Below, piece by piece: positions 48,799-60,949 of a DNA stretch of 64,000 nucleotides. Origin of the DNA: Phyllosticta citribraziliensis (taxonomy: Eukaryota); assembly GCF_038025025.1 (NCBI RefSeq), contig NW_027117343.1, forward strand, positions 310,001 through 374,000, written 5' to 3'. The number at the start of each line of letters is the position of its first letter. Positions within the stretch are counted from its first letter, which is position 1. The notes below the pieces were generated by a model, which ran no database searches, was not told the DNA's origin, and was given only the letters and a program-made list of their open reading frames with translations. The translations under genes and the position numbers were made by a program.

Positions 48799-49875
48799 CT
48801 AGCCCTGAGAGCTAGAACAGCGTTGCCTTTTACGATGATTCCCCTCCTCTTCCTCTTCCTCTTCCGATTCAGATTCAGATTCCGGGTCCTCCGACTCCGA
48901 CTCGTCAGCCATCGACTTGCTCCACTCATCCACACAGTATTCATTCTCACTGGTGAATTTCGGACACGTCACGACCATCACACCTTTCCAAAAATCTCCC
49001 TCCCACGCCTGATCATTTTCTCTTCTGCAGCGCGGACAACAACGTTTCTGGATCTCGAAGTGCGTCGAAAACCTTGCGAAGCCATCCCAGAAGCCGTCGA
49101 TCACGTCCATATGCGACCAAAAATGCGACGACTTCAACAACTCATGAAGGTAAGTCTTAGTGAAAAAATATATCAGGTTGCGAAGAGCCGTGGCCGAATC
49201 AGGAGTCGTCTCGAAGACGTATTTGGCGAGGATTGGGAGACCGACTTTTCGGCGAGGGTATCTTTTGGGGTCTTTCTTGTCCAGCTCAAACCACGCCGTC
49301 AAAGTGCTCTCGAAGCGTTCTGCGGCGTGTTTCTGCACGACGGGTGCTTGGTATTTGTCCCCCAGTGCGTACAATTCGGCGAAGCAATGTAGCTCTGCTT
49401 CGTACTCAGGAAGATCAGAATGGTGGGCTTTCATGAACTTCTCGCAGGCCATATTGTTTGAGTACAGAGTTTCGAGCATGAGCATAACCATGAAGGCGTG
49501 ACCATCAAGGTTGATGCGCCTCCTAACAGATTCTCAGCACTGAGATCCTCAAGGATTCGGGGATTACCTGCCACAAACGGCGAATCGGGCTTGCAGGCGT
49601 TGGCAAAGAAGTCGGATTGCAGACAGACAATCATTTTGTGGACATAGAACTCGACATGCTCGACTTCTTTGGCATCTTCGTCCGTGTGCTTAAATTTACA
49701 CCGGATGGTGAGATCACTGTACCGCTCCTCTTTGAAGCGGCTTTTTGAGAACTCGTGCAGACCACGTGAGAGTTTTGGGTCGACTGAAACAGAAGCGTTT
49801 CCACAGCATGATTTGGGACGTGATGGAGTTACCAGGCCTTTCGTCCGTGTCCCGTGCAACCCATCGTGGAGGCAT
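48799..49875 (-). CDS. BTB/POZ protein with C-terminal Cys module (copy 3); splice junction 2 doubtful, possibly disabled
   Basis: MPPRW..RP|VDPKLSRG...RYSDLTIRC...FYVHKMIVCLQSDFFANACKPDSPFV, then LYALGDKYQ, FETTPDS..LRNL, DGFW, CPRC, and an acidic plus RKRQR tail. Confidence 0.7.
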
Positions 49876-50425
49876 CGCTGGTGACAGTCAAGTATGACTT
49901 GCTCAAGGGTTTGGAGGAAAGCGAGAGTTTGAAGACAATAGGGCGCCACCTGGAATTGGTGCTGTGACGGGTGATGATGCGCAAACAATGGAGTAAAAGA
50001 GGCGATAAAAAGATGCTGAAAAGAATGACTGCAAGGCGCGCGTCGGCGCTAATCCGAAATTGCGACCACTCCCCGCCGTGTGCAACCACCAGCCACCTCT
50101 GGTGACCGGGTCGACAAAGTCGTGCCACACAAAATTTTGGATGTCCACACAATGAAGATTGAGTATCTCGGATTGCCATTCCGTATGAATACTTGAATCC
50201 TCTTTGGTCACAGCCACTAGGTATCTTGGAAGACAAATTGAATACTTCCCATTAACTACTGCCTATCATCTCTCTTTTGTTTTGTGTCGAAGCATCACTC
50301 TTTGCGCCGACACAGCCGCAGCAAGACGAAGTTGAAGAAATACAAGCAAACTTGTTCAGGTGGATACGCGCCAAGGTCGATGAACTGAAGTTTGTTCGAC
50401 GCGAGGTCAGCCCACTGGAACATGT

Positions 50426-51444
50426 TCATATGTCGTGCCCGTCCGCATCACTCGGACCGCGCCGCCTCTTGCGAGGATTCCCGTCTTGCATTTGAGCTGT
50501 TCCATTGGCCGGCTTCGCGCCCTCTTCGTCTGGACAGACCCACCTGTCGACCGGGGAGCTTCTCTGACAAAAGTCCATGGGACAATGCATGAGCATTTCG
50601 CCATCGACAAATTTCCCAGTGTGTTGGATCGGCGTGGTCTCTCCGCACTCTGGACACGTCCGACGGCAACGCAAGAGAAAAGTGAGCCAGTTCGCGTAGC
50701 CGCTCCAGAAACCATCGACGTGTTTCATTTCTGACTGGAATCGCGGAGACGCCATGAGGGTGGATAGGTTTGCGTTGGTTTGACTGAAGACGATGTTGCG
50801 GAGTCTGATTCGGGAGTGGTTTCGAAGACTCTTTTGATGACTTCGATGAAGCAGCTTATGGAGATACCATCTTCTTCATGGCCAATGACCGGGTCTACGT
50901 CTTCAAAGATTTGATGGAAGTCTTTTGCCGCGTGGGTCTTGACGTTCTTGGCCTGGTATTTGTCCGCAATGGCGTACAGCTCGACATCGCAGAGTATCAT
51001 GGCTTCTTGCTCAGGCAAACCCGGGAAAAGCTTGTCCTCGCATTCTACGTATTCCAAGCGCTCGCAGTACATTAAGTCCAGAAAATATCGGATGACGTAC
51101 GGATTGTCGTCGAGATTGACAATGCCTGTCTTTGCTTCCTAGTAAAACACTTTAGCGATAGCCCGTTGGAACCCCACTCAAGCTCAACCCACCATGAAAG
51201 GAGAATCTGGCTTGCACATGTTGGCAAAGAACTCTGATTGCAGGCAAACAATCATCTTATGTACGTGGTACTCTTTGTACTCGCCGGAAACTTCATCTTT
51301 ACAGCGGATTGTAAGATCACTGTACAATCTTGATGAATATAACTCTCTCGAGGAGTTGCAGAGGCCAGTTGTAAGATCTACAGCGCGTTAGAAAAGCATT
51401 GGTCCGTGAGGGTAGTTGAAACCTTTTTTCTCGCTCCACTCCAT
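50426..51444 (-). pseudogene. BTB/POZ + Cys-module paralog (copy 4) with a frameshift near 50803
   Basis: MEWSEKK|D...YSDLTIRC...HVHKMIVCLQSEFFANMCKPDSPFM|EAKTG...LYAIADKYQ...FETTPESD. The homologous continuation LRNIVF...DGFW...CPEC...RKRRR lies in a different frame. Confidence 0.75.
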
Positions 51445-52130
51445 GATCTTCGGCGTTTGCGGAGGCGGTGCGTTCAAGGTAGAATGAGGAATGAAAAGAA
51501 GTCGTTGACAGTTGATTCTCTGTCTGTGTAAGCAAGAGAGCCGTCCGACCGAGGGCGCGCAGGCAGGAGGCAAGAAGTATCTAGAAGTACTGCGTGATTG
51601 CTAAATTTGGTTTTGTAGTTCAACGCGTAGCGCGTCCGCGCTAAACTAAATTGGTCACCTTACTTTGAGTATGACTCCGACAAAAGCATCTTCGTTCCCA
51701 CGGTGCAATGCAATCAATTGAAGCTGTGGCGCAAAAAGGTCGATTGACGAGTCTCCATGCGGCTGGATATGGCGAAGTCGTCGTGGCAAGCAGCCGACTG
51801 CGCTGGTATTTTAAACTGCACGGCTCTTTGCGCTGACTTCAGCAGACTGGCGACTACAGACCAGATATGATTCCAACGCGCCAAAACTCCTGTCTTTGAT
51901 CGTCCTGGAATCCCAAGCTCTGGTTCGAAGGCCCTCTCTCCTCTCTCAACCCAAGCAATCGATCGCCTTTTACGCCTATCCCAGGAAAGCGCAACGAAAA
52001 TGACGACGCAAGCAAAGCCGGCCTGCATCGAGTCCGCGGCAATCTAGTCGCCATCATCGCTTGAAAGGTGCTGTCTCTTGCAAGACACGACATAGCAAGT
52101 CGACCCAAGCACCTCATCAATGTCCGCTGC

Positions 52131-53065
52131 TTAAGCAGGTTTGTTCCAGTCATCGAGCGAGCTGAACTCCTTGCAGCTGTCAACCAGACACAACATGCCC
52201 AAGACGCCCTCCTTAAACATTATGTCGTCGGACCCGTTGGTGGCAGGCTGCTCACATTCCGGGCAAGCGCGCTTTCTCTTGATGCAAAAGCTGAGGTAGC
52301 GCGCGTAGCTGCTCTAGAAGCCATCGACGCCGTTGATTTCCGCGTGGAACTGCGCCGTGTCCATTAAGAGCTTGAAGTGCTTCTTCATGTAGCAGTAGAT
52401 GAGGTTGCGAAGGGTCTGTTCAGAGTCAGGCATTGTTGTGAAAACGGTGTTGGCGACGTGAACAAAACTTGCAATGCTGATAGCCCCAGGTCGATTTGAT
52501 TTCAGTTTAACGCTGGCCGCCTCTAAACGCATGGTGACGGCTCCGGCCAAATGGACTTTTACATGCATTGCCTGATATTTGTCCGCAAGCAAATACACCA
52601 TGGCGTAGCAAACAACTGCTGCTTCTTCGCTTGGGACGTAGGGAGAGAAATGTTGGAGCTCTATAGGGAGAACAGTTTTCACATAACGCGTGTAGAACAA
52701 CATTAGCAAAAGTGAAATAAGAAACGCATTGTCATTAAGTATAATAACACCAGTCCTCGCTTCCTAGCCAAAGTCAGCAACTCTGTTAGAGACGGAGCGG
52801 TGCTAGACAAACTACAAAAGGGGAGTCAGGCTTGTAAGCATTGGTGAAGAACTCCAACTGCAGACAGACGACTAATTTATAGACGTAGAATTCTTTTACT
52901 TCGCTAGAGGAATGGTCTTTGCAACGGATTGTAAGGTCACTGTATAATTGTAACTGAAATCCATCTTGTAAGATTTCCTAGAGGCTTTGGTAGAAATCTT
53001 GGGGACGTTAGTATTGATCAGTCCTGCTAGGAATGGCACAAACTAGGGCCAATTTGCCGTTCCAT
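52131..53065 (-). pseudogene. BTB/POZ + Cys-module paralog (copy 5) with RIP-like transitions and premature stops
   Basis: YSDLTIRC...FYVYKLVVCLQLEFFTNAYKPDSPFV|EARTG, VYLLADKYQ, DGF*SSYARY...CPEC. TAG at 52978-52980 and 52314-52316. TpA-rich 5' half. Confidence 0.82.
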
Positions 53066-53662
53066 GCTGGCTGTGACAACAGGTCCCCCAAGATATTGCT
53101 GTAAAAGCAAAGATGCAAGACTAATACGCGTGAGTTTGCGAGTTGGCTGTTGAAGACACTGTAGAGGCAGCTGACAGTGAAGTGCAAGCTTCTAAGTAAC
53201 TAAGAAGGCACCATGGAAGCTGCTGCCCTTTTATGCTGGCTTGAATTGCTGCGTTTGTATGAGTGTCAGCAGAGTTCAGAGGATGTCTGGGAAAGATGGA
53301 GCTTCCAACTGGGGGTGCGCTGTAAGTGCGCATGGATGCGCCCACACTAGACCCGAATGGGACCCTTGCTTCCATGACAGCAAATGACTAAAACAATGTT
53401 TCTCTGACTTTAACACTGATCAAAGACAATGATAGAAAACTACCATCTAAATGTGAAGTCCTAGATGATTCAACAGCCGGGAAATGGCAAGCAAGACGGA
53501 GACTTGGACCAACACAATCAAAACAAATGAAGATGTGAGATAAAGAGAGATGCTAAATGAATGTAACATTTTAAAAGCAAAGTAGTAAACAGTCATCAAC
53601 ATTTCGTTCATCATCAGACAGGCGCAGGGCCAACCACGCCTACAGCGCCTCGCCAACAAATG

Positions 53663-54869
53663 TCAACCAATGCTCATGCGCGCAATGGTAACATGATCAT
53701 TAGCGCGCTCCTCCTCCTCAGCCTCATCCCTCACAATACTCTCGGCCCAATGCTTCAACGGGAAGGTCTCGCGGCAATTCATGCAACGGCCGAGCATCTC
53801 CCCACCGATGGTCTCAGGCTGCATCTCGCACAAAAACTCGACGCGGCAGTTGGTGCAGCGATACTTCTTGCCGACGTACGGCGCGCTGTACTCCATCAGC
53901 TCGCGCCAGAAGCCCGGCGTGCGGTCGGCCGTGTCCTTGAACGTGTCGTCCTCCATCAGCTCCTGGATGTGCTCGCGGCAGATGCTGAAGATGGAGCTGC
54001 GCAGCCACCGGTCCGACGCCGGGATCGGCTTGAGGATGCGCCACAGGATGAGCGGGAACCCGCGCCATGCGTTTTGGTGCCGTGCTTGCGCGATGAATTT
54101 GGCCCATGCCAGCTTTTTGAGCTCCATGACGCGGTACTTTTCGGCTAGCACGTAGATTTCGACGTGGAAGACGAGCTCTGCTGCGGTGTTAGGAGCGTGA
54201 GCTGTGACGGGGGCCTTGCATGACATTACCTTGGTATGGCGGCAGCTGGTCAAAGTGTGGGATGTCTTCGATCCTGTAATCGTATGTGTAGAAGAAATGT
54301 ATCATAGCTGACCTAAACATCAGCAAAGCGCTCAACCACACGTTTACCCAAAGCTACACACCCGTGACATGGTCAAGATTGTCCTCCTCGCCGAGATCAA
54401 TAACGGCAGGACAAACGCTCGCATCCTAAACTCGTTGGCACGCTGCTTGAGCAAGAGAAAAGGGACAAAGGCATACTTACCGCAGACGACGGCGCCTGTC
54501 TGCACGCGCTGGCGAAGTACCCGCTCTGCAAGCAGATGACTACGCGGTGGACGTGGAACTCGCGCCCCTGACAGCGCAGCGTCAGGTCGGTGTACAGGTT
54601 GTTTGTGAAGCCGTAGTCCAGGAAACTGGCGGTGTGTCAGCAAAAGCGTGCATACAGGCGCCATCAACAAAGAAAACACCAACGCATCAAGAGCGAGAGA
54701 GAGGCAGACGAATGACTCGAACCAAAACACAGCACACAAAAAGCTAAACGTACCCTCTGAGTCCGTTTTTGAACTCGGGGTTCATCTCCTGCGAGAAGCG
54801 GAGCGACTCGTCAAGCGACGGCACCGAGTTCCTAAAGGACGAGGCGCGCGAGTTTCTGCTCAGCGACAT
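53663..54869 (-). CDS. BTB/POZ protein with C-terminal CxxC-CxxC module (copy 6), about 5 exons
   Basis: MSLSRNS...GLRG|FLDYGFTNNLYTDLTLRCQGREFHVHRVVICLQSGYF, AMIHFFYTYDY, FHVEIYVLAEKY, SDRWLR, PGFW and CTNC...CMNC...W. Confidence 0.8.
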
Positions 54870-56601
54870 GATGATTGATTGGCGTCGTCGTCGTCAAGTC
54901 GTCGTCCCGGTCCCTCGTTTCAAACTTGGTCGGTGTGTGCGTCGGTCTGGAAAGGAAAGATCTGCCGACGGAAGCTGGACAGCGGGGAGACCAGACAGAG
55001 GCGATGAATGGCGACGCAGGCTGAAACGGGAAGGACGAGGCGCACAGCAGGAGACCCTGTATCAGGTGGTGTCTGGGGAAGCGCTTTTTTGATGAATTGA
55101 TGACGACGGACGGGGTCCAGGAGTCGATAAAACGCTGTCTGTCTGTCTGTCGGTGTGCATGGCGTGCACGGCCGGCTAAACATAGGGGTGCGTGCCCGGG
55201 CGCTGCGCTGCTTTATCGATACATGACTGAGTTGGTTGGCACGGTGGAAAGAGTGGGGGCTGCTACGTTGCACCTCGGTCGGTGCTTTGGCGTTTGGTGG
55301 AGAGGTTGGCTGGCCATGATGCAAAGCAGCTGGTTGCGAGTTGGGCCGGAGCGTGTTGGGAGCCGTGTGGTGAGTTGTCGCGTTTGCTGCGATGGATAGA
55401 TGCTAGAGTTGTGTACATAGGCGAGGTTGCGATGGAGGCAGGCAGCTGCTGTCTGCACTCATGTCAATCTCCACGGATGCCATGGAAATCATGTACAAGG
55501 TAGATCAGACGATCGACAAACTCACCTCTGTCAATCGGTTAACCGCTCAGTGACAAGGCCTTCGAATAGGTGAAGGATGGATGCATCCAGCTGCTGAAGA
55601 ATAAGAGGCTGAGCTCCATAAATGGAAGCTGTCATCTCGTCTGAGCTCTCATCATCATTGCCTATCCAAATCGCAGAATGCACGGTATTTCCAACAGTCA
55701 AGTCTAGAAACAAAAGTACGTCGAAGCAAGACGTTGGCCGTGGACCACGGGGCGGAACATCAATAACGCAGACCCTTAGGTTCCTTTGTGTAACCTTAAC
55801 CAGCAGGCAGCCCTTGAGCGCCTCAGTGCTCCAGTCAGCGGCGGCGGTGCCAGGCCGTCAGCCAGCAGCTCGGCCTCGGACATAAGCCTCTTGCGATCGC
55901 AGCCCACGCTCTCGGTCTTAAAGCTCACCAACCACAGCGACTCCACGGCCTCGGGGCCAGACTGGGGTGTGTAAAGACCGAGACAGCCAGCAGGCAGCAG
56001 AAAGAGTCATGTATTGGCACGTGGCGGGGCTGGGTGGCAGCCACGGACGACACGGTGAGAGTTTTTAAGAAGAGGGAGTGCTCCGCCATGATGACCGAGT
56101 GGCATCGACAGAGCACACAGCATACGCAACGAACGAACAGAGTTGACAGACTCATCACCTTTATTTCTCTTTCGACAAACGCAAAAAGATCTTAGTCCAA
56201 GTGTATCAAGACAGGACCCAAAAGGAAAAGAAAGAAAAAAACGCCATGCGAGCGATCCATCCATCGCTTCAACCCCCTAAAACGCCGCTGTATCCCTCTT
56301 TTTGAGAAGCGTGCCTCGCTCCCTCGCAACGGTGCAGTGCCATGCGCAGAACTACTACCACCAGCCAAAGAGAGACGCAAAAAAGGAAATGAATCGATCG
56401 ACAACCTGAAAATGCTCAGGACGAGTCCCGTACGACCATGCAAACTCTAGACCGCATATGCGCCGATATGTGGACGATCAGGAAAATGAGATAATGGATA
56501 CTTTGTACAACGTGCAGAGTCTAGCGCACGTAAACGGTGAGGGCCGAGAAACGGTACGGTCCATCTTGGGTCGGCGGCCACGAGGTACTGGACTGGCAAG
56601 T

Positions 56602-58646
56602 TTACCAAGTCTCCTGTTATTTTGTTAGAATGTGCAAAAGTATTCGGGACGGCTTCCACTTACAGCAATGTACTGGCCATCCTCCCTCTTCCTCTCCCAA
56701 AAGTCTTCAGCCTCTGCCTGGTTGAGGTTGCCCTTCTCCATGGCCACATCGACGAGAGCGCGATAGACTCCTTCGCCCATACCCTTGCTGCTACCGCAGA
56801 CAAAGATACGACCATCCAGGGCGTTGATGACGAACCATACGACGTCCGCCTGCATCCGCACCTCATCCTGGACATATCTGGCCTCGCCGGCGCGCCGCGA
56901 CTGCACGACCCGCTTGATATCGGCCTCGTGGGCACCCAATTCGCCGCGGTAGATTTCATCGAGCATGCTGTCACGAACGCCTTGGACAAGCCAAATCTTG
57001 TTGGCGCAGTTGGCGTTCTTGAGCCTGTTGAGGATGAAGCCACGGAAGGGCGCCATGCCAACGCCAGCACCGACGAGCATCATTGGGCCATCGCCACCGA
57101 ATTGGCGCGAGAGAGGGTTCGCCATCAAGCCGCGGAACATGGGCACGGAAATATCAAGAGTCTTGGCTGGGTCCACAACTCCAGAGGTCTCGGCCTCGAT
57201 GAACTTGTGCGCAAGACGCTCGAGGTAACCGGATCCAACACCTGTGCGCTTGGACTCGGAGCTGTGCCAGTCTTGATCCTCGTGGATGGTGACGGCCATT
57301 TCGATGAGGCGGCGACCACCGGGAAGACCAGGGCGCTCAGACGAAATGTGAGGGTCGTTGGACAACGAGTAGAAGCGAGGCATCAACTGAGGAAGAACGG
57401 AAAGCAGGCGGTCAAGAGGTGGCCTCGTCGACGGGAATGCATTAAGGAACTGGGGAACAGTGATGTGGCCACCGGTACGGAGGCTAAAAGAGGTCAGCAG
57501 CTGATTGTGATGTTTCAGTGGTGGGACTTACTCGCAGAATGCCGCCTGGCCCTGTGCAGAGGTCAGGTAAAGCAGAATCTTCTTTTCGGTCGGGTTCTCT
57601 GCGTATTCGGCCAACAAGCGAAGGAACTGCTTCGTTGGAGGGGTGCTTTGCAGATCAACACACCAGGTGAGGAGCTCGCGGCGAGTCGTTGTCAGCGACC
57701 TTTCAACCTCATCGCCCCAAATGGTGGGCCAGCGAATGGCCGTTGTCTTGAGGACGACTGGCTTGTCCCGCAAAAATTTCGGAACACCCAAGTGGTCAAA
57801 GACGTCATTGACTAGCTCATCTGCGTTAGGCGGGCAGATGCCAATCGCTCCACCAACCTTGAAGTCAGTGCCACCCTCTTCGGGGTAGTCGGTGACATCA
57901 ATGTCAAAATGGTAAGTCCGCTTCTCAGCACCCGGCTTTGTGAGCTCTCGCGCGTGATGGACGGGGGCCGAGTGTACGTGGTAGGGCGGGTGAGGTTGGA
58001 CAAAGGTAGGCGGGGCCTTGTCGACGCGGGAGGTGTGCTTCGACGCGGGCTCGTCGGCAGTCTCAAAGGTGGCGGTCACGGGAGGCAGAGGTTGGACTTG
58101 GTCCAACTCGGTGTTGAGGCTCAAGGTGCCAATCTTGAGGTTCAGGCTTCGGAATGCATCGTTGTCGGGAACAGTGAGGGGCGTAAAGTCGGTCGATGTG
58201 GCTTCGGGAATGGCCGACTGCACGAGACAGCAACCACCACCGCAGCAGTACTTTTCGATGAGCTTGGTGCCCGTCTCGCCGTCACCGAGCAGCTTTCGGA
58301 TGCCATCGGCGTCTTCAGAGATGAGGGTCGTGGAAGCACGACGAGCGGAAGGGTCTTTCTTCGCGACGGGGGTGGTTTCCAAGGAAGCAGCATTCAGGCT
58401 GTTCAGCTTGTCAACAACCTCATCGACCTGGGCGTCTGACGTGGGCTCTGTGTTGGGAGTCGAGGGTGCTTCGGAGTCGCTAGAGTTTTCAGACCAGGCC
58501 AATGATTCGTGCGAGGAGCGCAGCGAGTTGTTGGACGACTTGGAAGGCGCGAGGGTGACGACTTTGGCGGTCTGCGGCTCGCGGGGCACAGGGTCGTCGG
58601 GATGCGAAGTAGCGGTGGTGGGGATGGAGTGGTTTTGGTGCAGCAT
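56602..58646 (-). CDS. FAD/NAD(P)H-binding reductase of the cytochrome P450 reductase / methionine synthase reductase type, lacking the FMN flavodoxin domain; 3 exons
   Basis: KRTYHFDID, GAIGICPPN, PRFYSLS, GVGSGYL, MLVGAGVGMAPFRGF, YVQD and IFVCG. The last micro-exon encodes ETW* (TAA 56602-56604). Confidence 0.85.
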
Positions 58647-60949
58647 GGCGACGGTAGCTGGAGCGAACCGGGTCGGGGTGCGAAGAGGCGCGAGGGCTGT
58701 TCAACGGCCATGTCAGTAATGGTGACGATTGGGAAAGGTTTCGGGCGATGGATGCGCGTCGGGCTCGGGGGCGCACGACGCGGTGGTGTGGTGGGTGTCG
58801 AGGGGTGCGGCTCACTTATCAGATCAAATTTCGTCAGAGGCTTCGAGAGGGCAATGCCGGCGCAAGAACCAAACAGAACAGCTCGGCGCGCCAGCAAACG
58901 AGACGCGGAGGACAACACGGTGGATGGGAGTGCGGGAGAGGAGGTGGTGGGGTGGGCGGTCTAGAAGTAGAGGCTGGAAGGAGAAGAGGTCGTCGACGAG
59001 GGTGGGTGGGAGTGGAAAGGATGGAAATGGGATGGACGGGAGCGCAGTGTTGAGTGGCGGTGATGGATTACGGTAGCAGCTGGAGCCCGAGGCTTGGCCA
59101 CCAAACACTCTGCCGGTCTTCGGATCTGCTCTCGGCAAGCCCCCCCTGCTACACGCCCGTGTCGATGACTTCTTGACTGGCGGCACTCTCGACGGCTGTG
59201 GGCGCTCGCGTTTTGTCTTCCGGCGGGGTGAGGTCGGGAGCTTTTTTTCCTGCAATGCACCACTTCTGCCTCTCCAAAGCGTCTGTGGGCGATTGTTAAG
59301 CCCGCAGCTGTGGGCTGACGGCTGACGGTCACAAAGCAATCATCAATCACGCAATCATCACCTCTGGCAATGTAGCGACTCGGCGCCGTATTGTCGTGTT
59401 CGACGCAGGTACACGCCCGCGGTCCTTTGCCCTTCACACCTCTTGTCAGATTGATTGCGCCGCGTGTCATGGCCACAAACACTCAGCTCGAACTGACCAT
59501 GCTCAATGCTGCGGCTCTCGCCGAGCACCATAGTCCCCCTTTTCCTAAACGAGGTTTTCATCAGATAACCTCCACGTCAATTTTCGCCCTCGCCTCGCAG
59601 CCCCCACTTGGCGCGCCCTGTCTGACTCGGCCTTCCTCCACATTTCCAGAACTCTGTCAATTCCCAAGGTTTGGCCCCGGAGCCGCGACCTTCCTTTGTG
59701 CGTTCCGTTCGTTCCAGTCTTGTGACAGTCGCCACCCTGGCTTATCTCAGGATCTAGCCGCCTTCATCAGATAGCAATTCCAGCTGCCCAACAAAGACCG
59801 GACTGCATCTCCCTCGACTTCCGCTCATCCCTCTTGCCGGCTTGGCAGTTGACACAGAGATTCCCCCACATTTCCTTGGCCACCTGCTGTTTTGACGGCT
59901 CTCGTCCGCGGCACAAACGACACTACTCATATGTCGCTCGCAGTCGCGTGCATGTCGGCGGCATGTTTCATTGGCCCTGCACTTTTCTGCCGTCTTCAGG
60001 CAATCTAACCAATTCCACCGACGCCACGGAGAAGCTCGGAATTCGAGCGGGCGACCAAGCTGGATATCGCGTCCCGATGTCGGCCCATTTCCGTGCCTCG
60101 GGATTGCGGGCGAGTGCGACAGCCAGCCTGAGCTGGTGACGGGATGCTCGTGTTCCTCACCACCCCTCTGACCTCAACTCGCAGAGCCATCGCCATCTCA
60201 TCGTCTCCTGAGAATCGAAACCTACAACTTGTGTGGATTCCACTTGTCGATCCGCGCTGATCAACTCGGGAATCGTCGCCTTGCGGAGGCGGCCAGCATT
60301 GCGCGACTCCACGTCATCCTAGCTGATCTTCGCTTCGAGAAGACCTATTCGTTGCAGGTTCTGGCAGCATGTTGGGATTCATGCACACAAGTGGAAACCT
60401 GAGGCGGTGAGACTGGTCGCCAGCAGCATCCTTAAATTCCTGTCCGTTCCCGTTCTGTCTCACGGCCATGATGCAAAACCGCGTCAGTTACATCTTCTCC
60501 GAGCTTCTACCAAGGCCAAGGAAGAGTGTCTTTCCTTTTGTCCACCGACGCGCAGCTTCCATGGCACTTCGCAAGTGTTGTTTACCATCACCACGTCCGT
60601 GTCATGGATAGATTGGCCCTCTCTCATGTCTGTTTCCAATTTGCATGGGCATCGCGTGGGCGCTGCGTGTCGACGGTCGGGCGCTAGTCTGTATCCAGAA
60701 GGCGGGGTCACTCCCTTCGATTCCTCACCCTCATCGACTCCGGCTCGAGTCCTCAACAGTCATACTGTACAAGCCGCTAACCAATGAGGCAAACAACCGT
60801 CTGTCTCAACACGGCCTCGCGCGGCTGCATCGTCGCTAGACCTCGTCCATCTCCTGCTTACTCCTGTCTCCCTTCCTCACCACCCAACCTCGCACCCACT
60901 TCCAATTGACCCGCTTATCCTGCATATCGCCGTCTGAGCCCAACGCACC

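Noticed and set aside
52700..53640. AT-rich stretch considered as a transposon relic
   Set aside because: The part to 53065 translates as a mutated BTB gene and the rest is intergenic. I saw no terminal repeats, transposase or reverse transcriptase motifs.
56622..57815. 397-aa plus-strand ORF and similar long antisense ORFs (e.g. 34464-35468, 23210-23908, 20785-21678)
   Set aside because: Antisense shadows of real GC-rich genes, with no recognisable motifs.
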